Source of the DNA: Dehalococcoidia bacterium
GTDB lineage: Bacteria; Chloroflexota; Dehalococcoidia; Lucifugimonadales; VXLM01
DNA length: 64,000 bases
Assembly: GCA_034421575.1 (NCBI GenBank)
Contig: DAOUKG010000066.1
Coordinates: forward strand, 66,506-130,505
Reading direction: 5' to 3'
This document shows, piece by piece, positions 18,129 through 27,343 of the stretch (position 1 is its first letter; the number at the start of each line of letters is the position of its first letter). The position numbers and the translations under genes are program-made. Under the pieces are notes generated by a model. That model saw only the letters and a list, made by a program, of their open reading frames with translations, ran no database searches and was not told the origin of the DNA.

Positions 18129-18374
18129 ATGATGAGGAGAAAAACCAAGAAGATGATCGCCGTTGAGGAGAAGTTCCAGCAGCCGTTGGAGAAGATGCTG
18201 CCGCAGATGGTGACTGAGTATGGTCTAACTGCCACGGCCGACGAGCTCGGCGTGAGCAAGGCGACCCTGGGCTACTGGCTGCTCAAGCTGGGCATCAACG
18301 TTCATCGCGTCGCGCTGGCGCCAGGCGAGACGATCGAGGTCAAGAGGGTGGGGTATCCTTCCAGCAACAACTAG
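18129..18374 (+). CDS. small helix-turn-helix protein, hypothetical
   Basis: ATG at 18129 is preceded by GGGAGGAG; the track starts at 18099. Putative HTH LTATADELGVSKATLGYWLLKLG. A TTGACA hexamer at 18071 lies upstream and may be the -35 box. Confidence 0.55.
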   Translation: MMRRKTKKMIAVEEKFQQPLEKMLPQMVTEYGLTATADELGVSKATLGYWLLKLGINVHRVALAPGETIEVKRVGYPSSNN

Positions 18375-18404
18375 GCTTGGAGAAACTCTAGGAACCTTCC
18401 GCAC

Positions 18405-18432
18405 GGGCCGGGGCGTTGAACTGCTCCGGCCC
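18405..18432. terminator. bidirectional GC-rich hairpin between convergent genes
   Basis: GGGCCGGgGC-gttgaact-GCtCCGGCCC, between the HTH gene (+) and smpB (-). Confidence 0.5.
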
Positions 18433-18439
18433 GTATCGG

Positions 18440-18895
18440 TTAACGAGCTCGGCGTATGGCCATCCGGGCTTCCTTCTCCCGCTCTCGGTCGATGAGCGCT
18501 CGACGCTTGTCAAAGCGCTTCCGTCCCCTGGCCACTCCCACTTCGACCTTCGCCCTCTGCCGCTTCAAGTAGAGCTTCAGGGGCACCAGGGTCAGGCCTC
18601 TCTCATTCACCTGCCGGGTAAGCCGGATGATCTGGTCCTTGTGCAAGAGGAGTTTGCGCGGACGTTTCGGATCATGGTTGTTCTCTGCGGAAGCCGAGTA
18701 CTGAGAAATGTGGGCGTTCATGAGCCATATTTCGCCGTCAATGGGACGCGCGTATGCATCGCTGAAGTTGGCCCGCCCTTCCCGAATCGCCTTGATCTCC
18801 GTGCCGACCAGCACGAGGCCTGCCTCGATGCTGTCGAGGATGTCGTACTCGTACCGAGCCTTTCGATTAACCGCAAACGTCTTGCTGCCAACCAT
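18440..18895 (-). CDS. smpB: SsrA-binding protein SmpB
   Basis: 151 aa. NRKARYEY, GTEIKAIREGRANFSDAY and a basic C-terminal tail. Confidence 0.95.
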   Translation of the reverse strand: MVGSKTFAVNRKARYEYDILDSIEAGLVLVGTEIKAIREGRANFSDAYARPIDGEIWLMNAHISQYSASAENNHDPKRPRKLLLHKDQIIRLTRQVNERGLTLVPLKLYLKRQRAKVEVGVARGRKRFDKRRALIDREREKEARMAIRRAR

Positions 18896-18906
18896 GGGAC
18901 ATGCCT

Positions 18907-20325
18907 TTAGGAACTTCCGTCCACTTCGATCGAACCACCGCCCACGATGGTTTCCAACTCTTCGATGGCCCTGCGTAGCTGTTCAACATCGGCCTTCTGG
19001 GCGTCACGGCTGGTAACCTCGATGTCCGGCGCGACACCCTCTCCCTGGATGAGCCTCCCGTCGGGGGTGTACCAGTGGGCGACGGTGATATACAGGCCTG
19101 CGCCATTGCTGAGCCGGCGAAGCCAGTTGACGCTGCCCTTGCCGAACGTAGTGTCGCCGATGAGCATGGCGCGGTCATGGTCCTGGAGGGCGCCCGCCAG
19201 GATCTCGGAAGCGCTGGCGCTGCCTCCGTTGACGAGGACCACCATTGGGATATCCGTCAGGAACTCCCGGTCCTCCGTCTTGATGGGATAGTCGGTACGG
19301 CGCTTGTTGGCGTCAACGACGTAGAGGGCAAGACCGTCCTCCACGAAGAGGCTTGCCACGTTAACCGCTGCGGAGAGCAGGCCGCCACCGTTGCTTCTGA
19401 GGTCGAGGATCAGCCCTTCGGCCCCCGCTTCCAACTCCCGCTCGATAACCTGCCGGAGTTTCTCTGCCGTCTGCGGGTAGAAGTCCGTCAGGCGAATGTG
19501 CATGAATTTGTCACCCGGCTCACTTCGGAGTCGCACGCTCGTCAAGGGAATAACCGCGCGCTTCACCTCGACGATTATGGGGTCGATCTGCCCCAGCTTC
19601 TTCACCAGCAGCTGGGCGATGCTGTCCTTGGGACCCCTGATCTTCGAGACTGCCTCAAGTGTGGAAAGACCCTCAAGGCTGATTCCGTCGACCTCGAGGA
19701 TGATGTCGCCGGGCTTGATCCCGGCCAGCTCGGCCGGTCCTCCCTCGATTGGAGAGACGATCACGAGGTGCCCTCTGGCATTCATCTCGACGAAGGCCCC
19801 GATGCCCTGAAACTCGCCTTCAAACACATCGCCGAATTGGCCGGAGAGCACATCCGCGCGAACGTAAGAGGTCTGAGGGTCCCCCAGTGTGCTGGTAATT
19901 CCCCTGATCGCGAACTCCGTTGCGAGTTCGGGGTCAATCTTCTCGCGGTCGACATAGTCTCGGTTCAGGTGCTCCCAAGCCTCCCAGATAACGTCAAGGT
20001 CGGTTGGAATGTGCTTGGGAGGCACAATGTCGTCATCATTGACGACCACATTGGGAAACAGCGGGGCATCGGTCGAGTTCTCATGGACCTCGAGGGCTTC
20101 GGATACCGTTGACCGCACGAGAGCCTCGATCTCCTCGGACGTTGCATCCTCGTGCATCTTGGAGACTATCTCTCCGACAATTTTCTCCAGGTCAGGGGTC
20201 GGCTGGGCGGGTAGGGTACCGGCCGAGGGGTCATCTCCTCCGCCGATCGCGCCACAGCCGAGGCCAATTGCCAGGAGAAACGTGACTGCGGCATAGGCGA
20301 CCGTCTTGATTGCCCGATGTTTCAT
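18907..20325 (-). CDS. S41 family C-terminal processing peptidase with PDZ domain
   Basis: PDZ motif (GPAELAGIKPGDIILEVDG) and S41 core (LDLRSNGGGLL, VLVNGGSASASEI). I prefer the start at 20325 (MKHRAIKTVAYAAVTFLLAIGLGCG signal) over the track start at 20418. Confidence 0.9.
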   Translation of the reverse strand: MKHRAIKTVAYAAVTFLLAIGLGCGAIGGGDDPSAGTLPAQPTPDLEKIVGEIVSKMHEDATSEEIEALVRSTVSEALEVHENSTDAPLFPNVVVNDDDIVPPKHIPTDLDVIWEAWEHLNRDYVDREKIDPELATEFAIRGITSTLGDPQTSYVRADVLSGQFGDVFEGEFQGIGAFVEMNARGHLVIVSPIEGGPAELAGIKPGDIILEVDGISLEGLSTLEAVSKIRGPKDSIAQLLVKKLGQIDPIIVEVKRAVIPLTSVRLRSEPGDKFMHIRLTDFYPQTAEKLRQVIERELEAGAEGLILDLRSNGGGLLSAAVNVASLFVEDGLALYVVDANKRRTDYPIKTEDREFLTDIPMVVLVNGGSASASEILAGALQDHDRAMLIGDTTFGKGSVNWLRRLSNGAGLYITVAHWYTPDGRLIQGEGVAPDIEVTSRDAQKADVEQLRRAIEELETIVGGGSIEVDGSS

Positions 20326-20637
20326 AACGCTGGAGTGTCCTTTCTTGAGGCCGAATTGACCTATGCTGTCATAGTACCACGTACGCATTTGGTTCTCAGC
20401 GAACAGGGGTCTGCGCAACCTCGTGAGATAGTACGGGCGGGCGAAGACCCGTCACCATATTCAACGGCTCGCCGCACAAAGAGTTATCCACAGGCTTACG
20501 CACGCTGATACACGCCAAGCGAAGAGTTCCGATGAGCGACCCTCTCCAGACTATTGACCATGCATGCACCTCGTGATAACGTGGATTGAAAACATTTCAA
20601 GGAATCTTTCTCGCACAAATCAGTTCAATTACACTTA

Positions 20638-20686
20638 TTTTCAGACATACTGAAAACACTCGTGAAAACGATATTCATATTTTTCA
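20638..20686. promoter_or_regulatory. two operator-like inverted repeats built from TGAAAA/TTTTCA half-sites
   Basis: IR1 is TTTTCAG-acata-CTGAAAA (20638-20656). IR2 is TGAAAA-cgatattcatat-TTTTCA (20663-20686). A further TGAAAAC lies at 20587-20593. All are in the AT-rich stretch immediately upstream of the ATG at 20699. Confidence 0.4.
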
Positions 20687-20698
20687 GGCAGGAAGAAC

Positions 20699-21793
20699 AT
20701 GGCAGAAACGGCACAATCCACTATGAAAAAACGTACCAGGGTATCTCGTCCTTACCCTCAACACCGCCTTTCTGATGTGCTTGAAATCGCGCAATCGATT
20801 CAGGATAACAACGCGGGACTTGCCTTCGACCGAGTGAGACTTGCCAAGTCCCTGGGTACGACACCCTCCAGCAGCGCGTTCACGATGAAGCTTAATTCGT
20901 CGGCAAAGTACGGGCTTACTGAGGGAGGCTACAGCGACCCGCGCATATCGCTCACGGAGTTGGGATCACGTGCCGCGGGCGCGGACACGAAGGCGCAGAT
21001 TGAAGCGGTGATGGGCCCAGACACCTTCAAAAAGTTCTATGAGCTTCTGGACGGCAAGAAAATTCCTGGTCCAAACGAGGGATCGGGAGTCATCGTGGAC
21101 GACGTTGGCATTCCGGAAGAACTCGCTTCGGAATTCCTGGGAATCGTAGTGGGTAACGGAGTACTGATTGGCATCGTCACGGAGGTACGCGACTCATACT
21201 ACGTCAGCCTTGCCGGGCTGTCGGACGCGGATGAGCAGCCTGTCGCCGTCCAGGCTGGAAAGGAGTCGCAGCCTGCGCGTGAACCGGCCCGAACTGCACC
21301 TGAGAATCGCGCCACTCACGATACGCAGCCGCGAGCGGACCGAGGGCCGGGCAATGGAAGACTCCTCGTAGCTCACTCCGGCGCCGGCGCCGTAGCCGAC
21401 CGCATCGTTCGCATGTTGGACGACCTCAGCGTCCCGCACGGAATCGTCGAAATAGATCCTATCGATTCCTCGCCGCTCAGTGCGGAGTGGTCCAGCGAGA
21501 TAGACAAGTGCGGAGGAGCAATCGTCGTTATGGCCGGGCCGAGCCGGGTGGTATCGACTCCCGGCGTGGCCTCCTCACGCTCCTCCAAGATGCTGCTGCA
21601 GCTCGGCGCCGCCGTGGACCGATTCAAGGATCGCGTCGTCATGGTCGTCGGGCCGGATGGGGACCACTTTCTGCAGACGGCCCGCATTCAGAGGGTCCAC
21701 GTCGACGGCGACGACTCAGGACGATTCGAGCTGGACCTGTTGCGAGGGCTGCTGAACGCGGAAATGATGGTGGTATCGATTCCGGGGCAATAA
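20699..21793 (+). CDS. hypothetical protein: N-terminal winged-helix-like domain, low-complexity linker, C-terminal TIR-like (COG4271-type) domain
   Basis: 364 aa. The N-terminus (YPQHRLSDVLEIAQSIQDNNAG...SSSAFTMKLNSSAKYGLTEGG) resembles a recurrent wHTH module. The C-terminus has the strand/helix order LLVAHSG...IVRMLDDLSVP...GGAIVVMAGP...LLQLGAAVDRFKDRVVMVVG...RVHVDG, as in TIR-like nucleotide-binding domains. The domain calls are by eye only. Confidence 0.6.
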   Translation: MAETAQSTMKKRTRVSRPYPQHRLSDVLEIAQSIQDNNAGLAFDRVRLAKSLGTTPSSSAFTMKLNSSAKYGLTEGGYSDPRISLTELGSRAAGADTKAQIEAVMGPDTFKKFYELLDGKKIPGPNEGSGVIVDDVGIPEELASEFLGIVVGNGVLIGIVTEVRDSYYVSLAGLSDADEQPVAVQAGKESQPAREPARTAPENRATHDTQPRADRGPGNGRLLVAHSGAGAVADRIVRMLDDLSVPHGIVEIDPIDSSPLSAEWSSEIDKCGGAIVVMAGPSRVVSTPGVASSRSSKMLLQLGAAVDRFKDRVVMVVGPDGDHFLQTARIQRVHVDGDDSGRFELDLLRGLLNAEMMVVSIPGQ

Positions 21794-22070
21794 TTTCAGG
21801 CCGTCCATAGTTATGTCAAATAGCGCCGCAGCACCTACATAACCAATGCTGAACGTTACATAACATTTATAGTGCGAACTTATGGAATCTTGTGTTGAGA
21901 ACCCTCTTCTCTCCCCGACCGCGCCCTCTAGCGCCCCCCACCGATGTTTCCAGTCAACGGTTGGCAGCCTGGACCTTGAGTGGAGTTGGTTATCTTCGAG
22001 GCGACTTTAGAGGCCTTTTTCTCACACCGGAGTACATACACCAGCATCCCCACGCGAAAAGGGGCCTCTT

Positions 22071-23234
22071 TCAGGGGGTCGCGACAGGTGTTACTGCCGG
22101 TTGGTCGACGCCAATAAGCCGTTCGACCTCTTCAAGGAGTGCGTCGAGTCCACTACGCTCGACCGCTGAGATGAGGACGACCCCAGGGGGCGGATCTTCA
22201 AAGTCGAGAGTCGACCTGGCCCCGTCACCATTATCTGAAGTCTTTGCGGATGGAAGCAGATCGGTCTTGTTGAGCGCCAAAATGGTCGGCTTGTCGACAA
22301 CGTCGAGGTCTCCCAGGATACTCTCGACCTCTTCGATGTGAACTTCCAGGTTGGGATTCGAAATGTCCGCCACATGCACTATCAGCCGTGCCTCTCTGAT
22401 CTCCTCCAAGGTTGCCCTGAACGCGGCTACGATTGCCGGAGGGAGCTTCTGGATGAATCCCACCGTGTCGGTGAACAGGACTTCCCTGCCTGATTCGAGC
22501 CGGACCTTCCTGGTGACTGGATCGAGAGTGCTGAACAGCTTGTCCTCCGCGACAACGCCGGCCTCTGAGAGACTGTTTAGCAGCGTGCTCTTGCCTGCGT
22601 TGGTATATCCCACCAGACTGACGACGGGAATACCCTCGTTGCGCCTTCTCGAACGATAGAGGTCGCGTTGGCGGCTAACCTGGTCCAGTTCCTTGCGTAT
22701 GCGCTGAATTCGATTGCGGACCAGGCGCCGGTCGGTCTCAATCTGCGACTCTCCCGGGCCCCTCGTGCCAATGCCGCCACCCAGCCGTTCGAGGTGCGAC
22801 CACTGGCCGGCAAGACGGGGCATGAGGTATTCGTGCTGGGCGAGCTCAACCTGAAGGCGGCCTTCACGCGTCTGGGCGCGCGTGGCGAACACGTCCAGGA
22901 TAAGAGCCGTCCGGTCGATGACCTTGACCTTCTCCTCCAGAGCGCGTTCGAGGTTCCGTTGCTGGGTAGGCGTCAGTTCGTCATCACAGATGACGCTGTC
23001 GATACGCTTTGCGGCAACGGCTTTCTTGAGCTGTTCCAGCTTGCCTTTGCCCAAGTAGTAGTGAGTGGGCTTGCTGAGCCGCTGAGTGATCGAACCAACT
23101 ACCTTGGCTCCGGCTGTCCGTGCAAGGTCGGCCAGCTCCGCCAGGGAGGCTCGCATTGGCAGCGCTTCACGACGTCGAAAGACCTGCGCGCTGACCAGTA
23201 ATGAGCGCTCGGTCTTGCGGGCCGTCGGTATCAT
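22071..23234 (-). CDS. hflX: GTPase HflX
   Basis: HflX N-domain (GKGKLEQLK, DRTALILDVFATRAQTREGRLQVELAQ) plus G-domain (GYTNAGKST, DTVGF, NKTD). Confidence 0.9.
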   Translation of the reverse strand: MIPTARKTERSLLVSAQVFRRREALPMRASLAELADLARTAGAKVVGSITQRLSKPTHYYLGKGKLEQLKKAVAAKRIDSVICDDELTPTQQRNLERALEEKVKVIDRTALILDVFATRAQTREGRLQVELAQHEYLMPRLAGQWSHLERLGGGIGTRGPGESQIETDRRLVRNRIQRIRKELDQVSRQRDLYRSRRRNEGIPVVSLVGYTNAGKSTLLNSLSEAGVVAEDKLFSTLDPVTRKVRLESGREVLFTDTVGFIQKLPPAIVAAFRATLEEIREARLIVHVADISNPNLEVHIEEVESILGDLDVVDKPTILALNKTDLLPSAKTSDNGDGARSTLDFEDPPPGVVLISAVERSGLDALLEEVERLIGVDQPAVTPVATP

Positions 23235-23348
23235 TCCTCGGGCGATGGTTCAGGTCCTCCCGTTCGCGGGGATTCGACTATTGCCGGACATTATACCCCA
23301 AAATGGCGCACTTATACAACAGAATGGTAGCCAAACCGCACACTCCGG

Positions 23349-24509
23349 CTACGGACGCCAACCTGATACTCGATCGAGGGCTTTGTCAATCAGCTCATCC
23401 TGGAGCGTAATCGACAGTCGTACATAGCCCTCACCCGCGGCGCCGTAATTGCCTCCCGGAATCATAAGGACGTCGGTATCCTCCAGGAGCTTTTCCGCAA
23501 ACTCGGCGGAGGTATAGCCTTCAGGAACTCCCGCCCATATGTAGAGGCCAGCCCTGGGCGACTCGACCTTCATTCCCATGTCCTTGAGAACGGGCACGAC
23601 CCGGTCGCGGCGGGCTTGATAAATGGCATTTCGCTCATCAACCGACTCTAAAGGACGCTTCATGGCCTCGATGGCCATGTGCTGCACTGCCTGTGGCACA
23701 CCCGAGTCCAGGTTCGATTTGATGGTCAGCAGGGCGTCTATCATCTCGGCGTTCCCCACGGCCATCCCGATTCGCCAGCCTGTCATGTTGTAGGACTTCG
23801 ACAGCGAATGGAACTCGATTCCTACTTCCATCGCCCCCTCAGCCTGGAGAAAACTCGGAGGCCTGTAGCCGTCGTAGGCCACTTCCGTGTAGCAGGCGTC
23901 GTGCATGATGGCTATATCATGCTTCTTCGCGAATTCTATGGCCTTCCCAAAATAGTCAAGGTCCGTTACTGCGCCCGTTGGGTTGTTCGGATAGTTGAGC
24001 CAGAGCAGCTTGGCCTTAGCCGCCACATCGCCGGGTATCGAGTCGAGGTCCGGCAGCCAGTTATTCTCCTCGTTCAGTGGCAGCATATAGCTCTCGCCGC
24101 CCGCGAACAGGGTGCCCATGGCGTAAACGGGGTATCCAGGGTCGGGAACCAGTGCTACGTCGCCGGCGTCAAGGAAGCAGAATGCGACGTGGCCTATGCC
24201 CTCTTTCGCCCCGATGAGAGAAATGACCTCCTTCTCAGCGTCCAGTTCCACGCCAAATCTTCGCCGGTACCAGTCAGCAACACCTTCACGAAACTCCGGA
24301 AGGCCTTCGGACTCGGGGTATCGATGATTAGGGGAGTCATGAGAGGCTTCACCCAGCGCGTCGATGACATAGTCCGGCGTGGGTATGTCCGGGTCGCCGA
24401 TGCCAAAGCTGATTACTTCGATACCCTGAGCCTTCTTTTCGGCGATCTTCCTGCTGATCTGCACGAAGAGATACGGTGGGACTCTGTCCATTCGCTCCGA
24501 AAACCTCAT
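23349..24509 (-). CDS. class I/II aminotransferase, LL-diaminopimelate aminotransferase-like
   Basis: 386 aa with PPYLFVQI, GIGDPD and NYPNNPTG motifs. It lies directly downstream of dapF on the same strand, which supports a DAP-pathway role. Confidence 0.75.
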   Translation of the reverse strand: MRFSERMDRVPPYLFVQISRKIAEKKAQGIEVISFGIGDPDIPTPDYVIDALGEASHDSPNHRYPESEGLPEFREGVADWYRRRFGVELDAEKEVISLIGAKEGIGHVAFCFLDAGDVALVPDPGYPVYAMGTLFAGGESYMLPLNEENNWLPDLDSIPGDVAAKAKLLWLNYPNNPTGAVTDLDYFGKAIEFAKKHDIAIMHDACYTEVAYDGYRPPSFLQAEGAMEVGIEFHSLSKSYNMTGWRIGMAVGNAEMIDALLTIKSNLDSGVPQAVQHMAIEAMKRPLESVDERNAIYQARRDRVVPVLKDMGMKVESPRAGLYIWAGVPEGYTSAEFAEKLLEDTDVLMIPGGNYGAAGEGYVRLSITLQDELIDKALDRVSGWRP

Positions 24510-24651
24510 TTTGCCTCCGCTGCGACTATGACTGCCATTTGGTATGTTTCCAACATTCGACCAAAGACTTAGTTTGCGTGTATGTTAGCTCTGTCAGCTT
24601 AGATATTTCGTGCTAACTGGCATTTCTTTGGCGTATAGCATAGCCTGAGTA

Positions 24652-24665
24652 TTAGACATGTCTAA
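24652..24665. promoter_or_regulatory. perfect 14-bp palindrome TTAGACATGTCTAA
   Basis: Lies in the AT-rich spacer between the dapF stop and the dapL-like start. Extends to 22 bp (24648-24669) with one mismatched pair. Confidence 0.3.
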
Positions 24666-24667
24666 GA

Positions 24668-25519
24668 CTATACCTGGCCAGTAAACACCTCTGCCACGGG
24701 TCCTTCGAGGACGACCGGCCCTTCTCCCTGCCATCTGACGACGAGATCCCCGCCGGGGAACGACGTCCGCACCTCGTCACCCTTAGTGCGTCGTTTCAGC
24801 CTGGAAACGACGCCCACCGCACAGGCTCCGGTGGCACACGCCATCGTCTCCCCGGAACCTCGTTCCCAAACTCTAACCTTCAGGTGACTCTCGTCTATGA
24901 CGTTCACGATCTCAAAGTTCACCCTGTTGGGAAAGAGCGGGTGGTGTTCCACCAGAGGACCGAGTTGGAACAGCGGGACCTCATCAACCGGTTCGTCGAT
25001 GAATGCCACGGCGTGGGGATTCCCCATCGAAACGGCATTGATCTCGAACGTGACGCCGTCCACAGTCAAGGGGTAGTCCATTACCATCGCGCGATCATCG
25101 AGCGCGACCGGAATCTCCTCGACCTCCAAGCGCGGCTCACCCATGCTCACCCTGGCCCAGACCACATTGTCCTCTTCCCATGTGGGCGTAACCTCGAGGT
25201 CTCCCGCAAGGGTCTCCACCAGCACAGGGGAAGTCTCGCCCGGCACGATGCCTCTCTTGAGAGCAAAGCCAACGAGGCAGCGAATGCCGTTTCCGCACAT
25301 CTCCGCTTCGGAGCCGTCTGCATTGAACATCCTCATGCGAAGGTCGGCGTAGTCGGAATCCAAAGCGAGGATCAGTCCGTCTGCTCCAACACCCGTGTGC
25401 CGGTCGCTCAGACGCGCTGAGATCGCCGGCCAGTCCTCGTCCTTGGCGCGGGCATCAACGTAGATGTAGTCGTTTCCCGCCCCGTGCATCTTGGTGAATT
25501 CCAAGTTCGCCCTCCGCAA
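24668..25519 (-). CDS. dapF: diaminopimelate epimerase
   Basis: 283 aa with FTKMHGAGNDY, MCGNG and ACATGA catalytic-Cys motifs. Confidence 0.9.
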   Translation of the reverse strand: MRRANLEFTKMHGAGNDYIYVDARAKDEDWPAISARLSDRHTGVGADGLILALDSDYADLRMRMFNADGSEAEMCGNGIRCLVGFALKRGIVPGETSPVLVETLAGDLEVTPTWEEDNVVWARVSMGEPRLEVEEIPVALDDRAMVMDYPLTVDGVTFEINAVSMGNPHAVAFIDEPVDEVPLFQLGPLVEHHPLFPNRVNFEIVNVIDESHLKVRVWERGSGETMACATGACAVGVVSRLKRRTKGDEVRTSFPGGDLVVRWQGEGPVVLEGPVAEVFTGQV

Positions 25520-25568
25520 ATCTCAGGGTCGATAAAGTATATCACTCCGAGTCTATCGAGAACCGAAT

Positions 25569-26516
25569 TTACCGCGATGAAAGGCGGTTCAACTCAGGCT
25601 GAGAAACATATCTGACAACCCCTTCAATGCTTCCTGTCTCGTTCGGAAGCCAGTGGATTCGCTCGTCTCCCGTTCTGAACCAATTCCCCTGCTGACGCGC
25701 GAATCGCCTGGTCTTCCCCTTGATCGCTTCGACGGCGTCATCAAGTGTGCGCTCTCCATTCAGATGCTCAGAAATTTCGCGGTAGCCGAGGCTGGACATT
25801 GAAGGCAGTTCAGGGCCGAAGCCCATCTCATGGAGTTTTCGCACCTCCCCTACCCATCCGTCTTCCACCATCGCGTTCACGCGGGCGTTTATGCGGGCAT
25901 ACAGCTCCGAGCGGTCCATAGCAATTCCGACTATTGCTGCATGAAACGGCGGCGATAGCCTCGTCGGTGTTTCCGGTTCGCCGTGAGGAGACTCGTAAGC
26001 GAGTTCAAGCGCCCTGATGACCCTTCTGGGATTCAAAAGGTCAACTCGCTGTGCCGTTTTGGGGGCGACTCTTTGAAGCTCATCAACGAGATCGGCCAGT
26101 CCGTTTCGTCTGAGGCGTTCTTGAAACTCTTCCCTGAGCGAGTGGTCGGGCGAGACCTCCGGCACGTTCCATCCCTCCAGCAAGGCCCAAACGTACTGGC
26201 CGGTGCCACCCACCACGATGGGGACACATCCACGCTCAAGTACCTCCGATATGGCCTCTCGCGCCTGGCGAACAAAGAGCGCCACGCTGTATTCGTCAGA
26301 GGGATCAATGATGTCAATCAGATGATGGCGAACTCGTCGGCGGTCTTTCAAGGACGGCTTGGCCGTTCCTATGTCCATATACCGATAGACCTGGCGGCTG
26401 TCGGCACCGATGATCTCGCCATCTATGGATACGGCGATCTGCATCGCCAGCCGCGATTTGCCCGAGGCAGTAGGCCCGACGATGGCCACAACCCTGTCGC
26501 GTCCCGCAGCAGACAT
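25569..26516 (-). CDS. miaA: tRNA dimethylallyltransferase
   Basis: GPTASGKS P-loop, DSRQVYRYMDIGTAKP, GGTGQY. Confidence 0.9.
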   Translation of the reverse strand: MSAAGRDRVVAIVGPTASGKSRLAMQIAVSIDGEIIGADSRQVYRYMDIGTAKPSLKDRRRVRHHLIDIIDPSDEYSVALFVRQAREAISEVLERGCVPIVVGGTGQYVWALLEGWNVPEVSPDHSLREEFQERLRRNGLADLVDELQRVAPKTAQRVDLLNPRRVIRALELAYESPHGEPETPTRLSPPFHAAIVGIAMDRSELYARINARVNAMVEDGWVGEVRKLHEMGFGPELPSMSSLGYREISEHLNGERTLDDAVEAIKGKTRRFARQQGNWFRTGDERIHWLPNETGSIEGVVRYVSQPELNRLSSR

Positions 26517-26523
26517 GGGAATG

Positions 26524-27279
26524 CTACCCTGAAGCAGCGTGGGCGTTCTTGACCAACTGGACGAACTGTTCAGCGTTTAGGCTCGCGCTGCCCACAAGAG
26601 CTCCGTCGATGTCCGGTTGGCTGATGAATCCGGCCGCGTTGCCTGCATCCACGCTCCCCCCGTAGAGAAGGGGGAGGTCAAGAGCCGACCGTCCAAAGTC
26701 CTCCAGCATCAGCCCTCGAATGAACTCCATCACGTGCTGAGCGTCTGCCGGGCTGGCGGGTACGCCCGTTCCTATGGCCCATACGGGCTCGTAGGCTACG
26801 ATAATGCCGTCGAGCGATGGGACTTCCCTGAGGGCGGCGCGTACTTGTCTCTGGATCACGACGGTGGCATCGCCCGCCTCCCGTTCGGACAGGGTCTCCC
26901 CGACGCACAGAATCGGACTTAGTTCCACCTCGACGGCCGCGGCGACTTTCCTGGCCACCATCTCGTCGGTCTCGCCAAACTGCTGCCGTCTCTCCGAATG
27001 GCCGAGGATGACGTAGTCGCAGAGTTCCTTGACCATCGCGGGCGAGACCTCTCCCGTATGCGCCCCCTTGGACTCGTGGTGCAGGTTCTGGGCCCCCACG
27101 AAGACGTCAGAGCCTTTGAGACACTCTGACACCGCCGGAAGAGCGAGCGACGGAGGACAGACGATTTTCTTCACGCCTTGCACGTCCTGAAGGCCGTCAC
27201 GAAGGCGCTCGGCGAAGACTCCCGCTTCAGAGGGTAGGACGTTCATCTTCCAGTTGGCTGCGATAACGAGGTCGGGCAC
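26524..27279 (-). CDS. tpiA: triose-phosphate isomerase
   Basis: ANWKMN, GHSERR, AYEPVWAIGTG. Confidence 0.95.
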   Translation of the reverse strand: MPDLVIAANWKMNVLPSEAGVFAERLRDGLQDVQGVKKIVCPPSLALPAVSECLKGSDVFVGAQNLHHESKGAHTGEVSPAMVKELCDYVILGHSERRQQFGETDEMVARKVAAAVEVELSPILCVGETLSEREAGDATVVIQRQVRAALREVPSLDGIIVAYEPVWAIGTGVPASPADAQHVMEFIRGLMLEDFGRSALDLPLLYGGSVDAGNAAGFISQPDIDGALVGSASLNAEQFVQLVKNAHAASG

Positions 27280-27343
27280 AGGCTTTCCTTCAGGTCTGGG
27301 TTCTCATCGAGACCGAATTGTACACGACCTGAGGATTCTCGCC

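Noticed and set aside
16563-18440. Searched near smpB for tmRNA (ssrA)
   Set aside because: I found no tRNA-Ala-like acceptor/T-arm pair and no tag-reading-frame candidate. The only tRNA-like structure here is tRNA-Arg.
21794-22070. Looked for a partner small ORF or structured RNA in the 277-bp spacer downstream of the TIR-like gene
   Set aside because: I could define only weak, imperfect hairpins and no RBS-preceded ORF. It may simply hold the convergent terminators.
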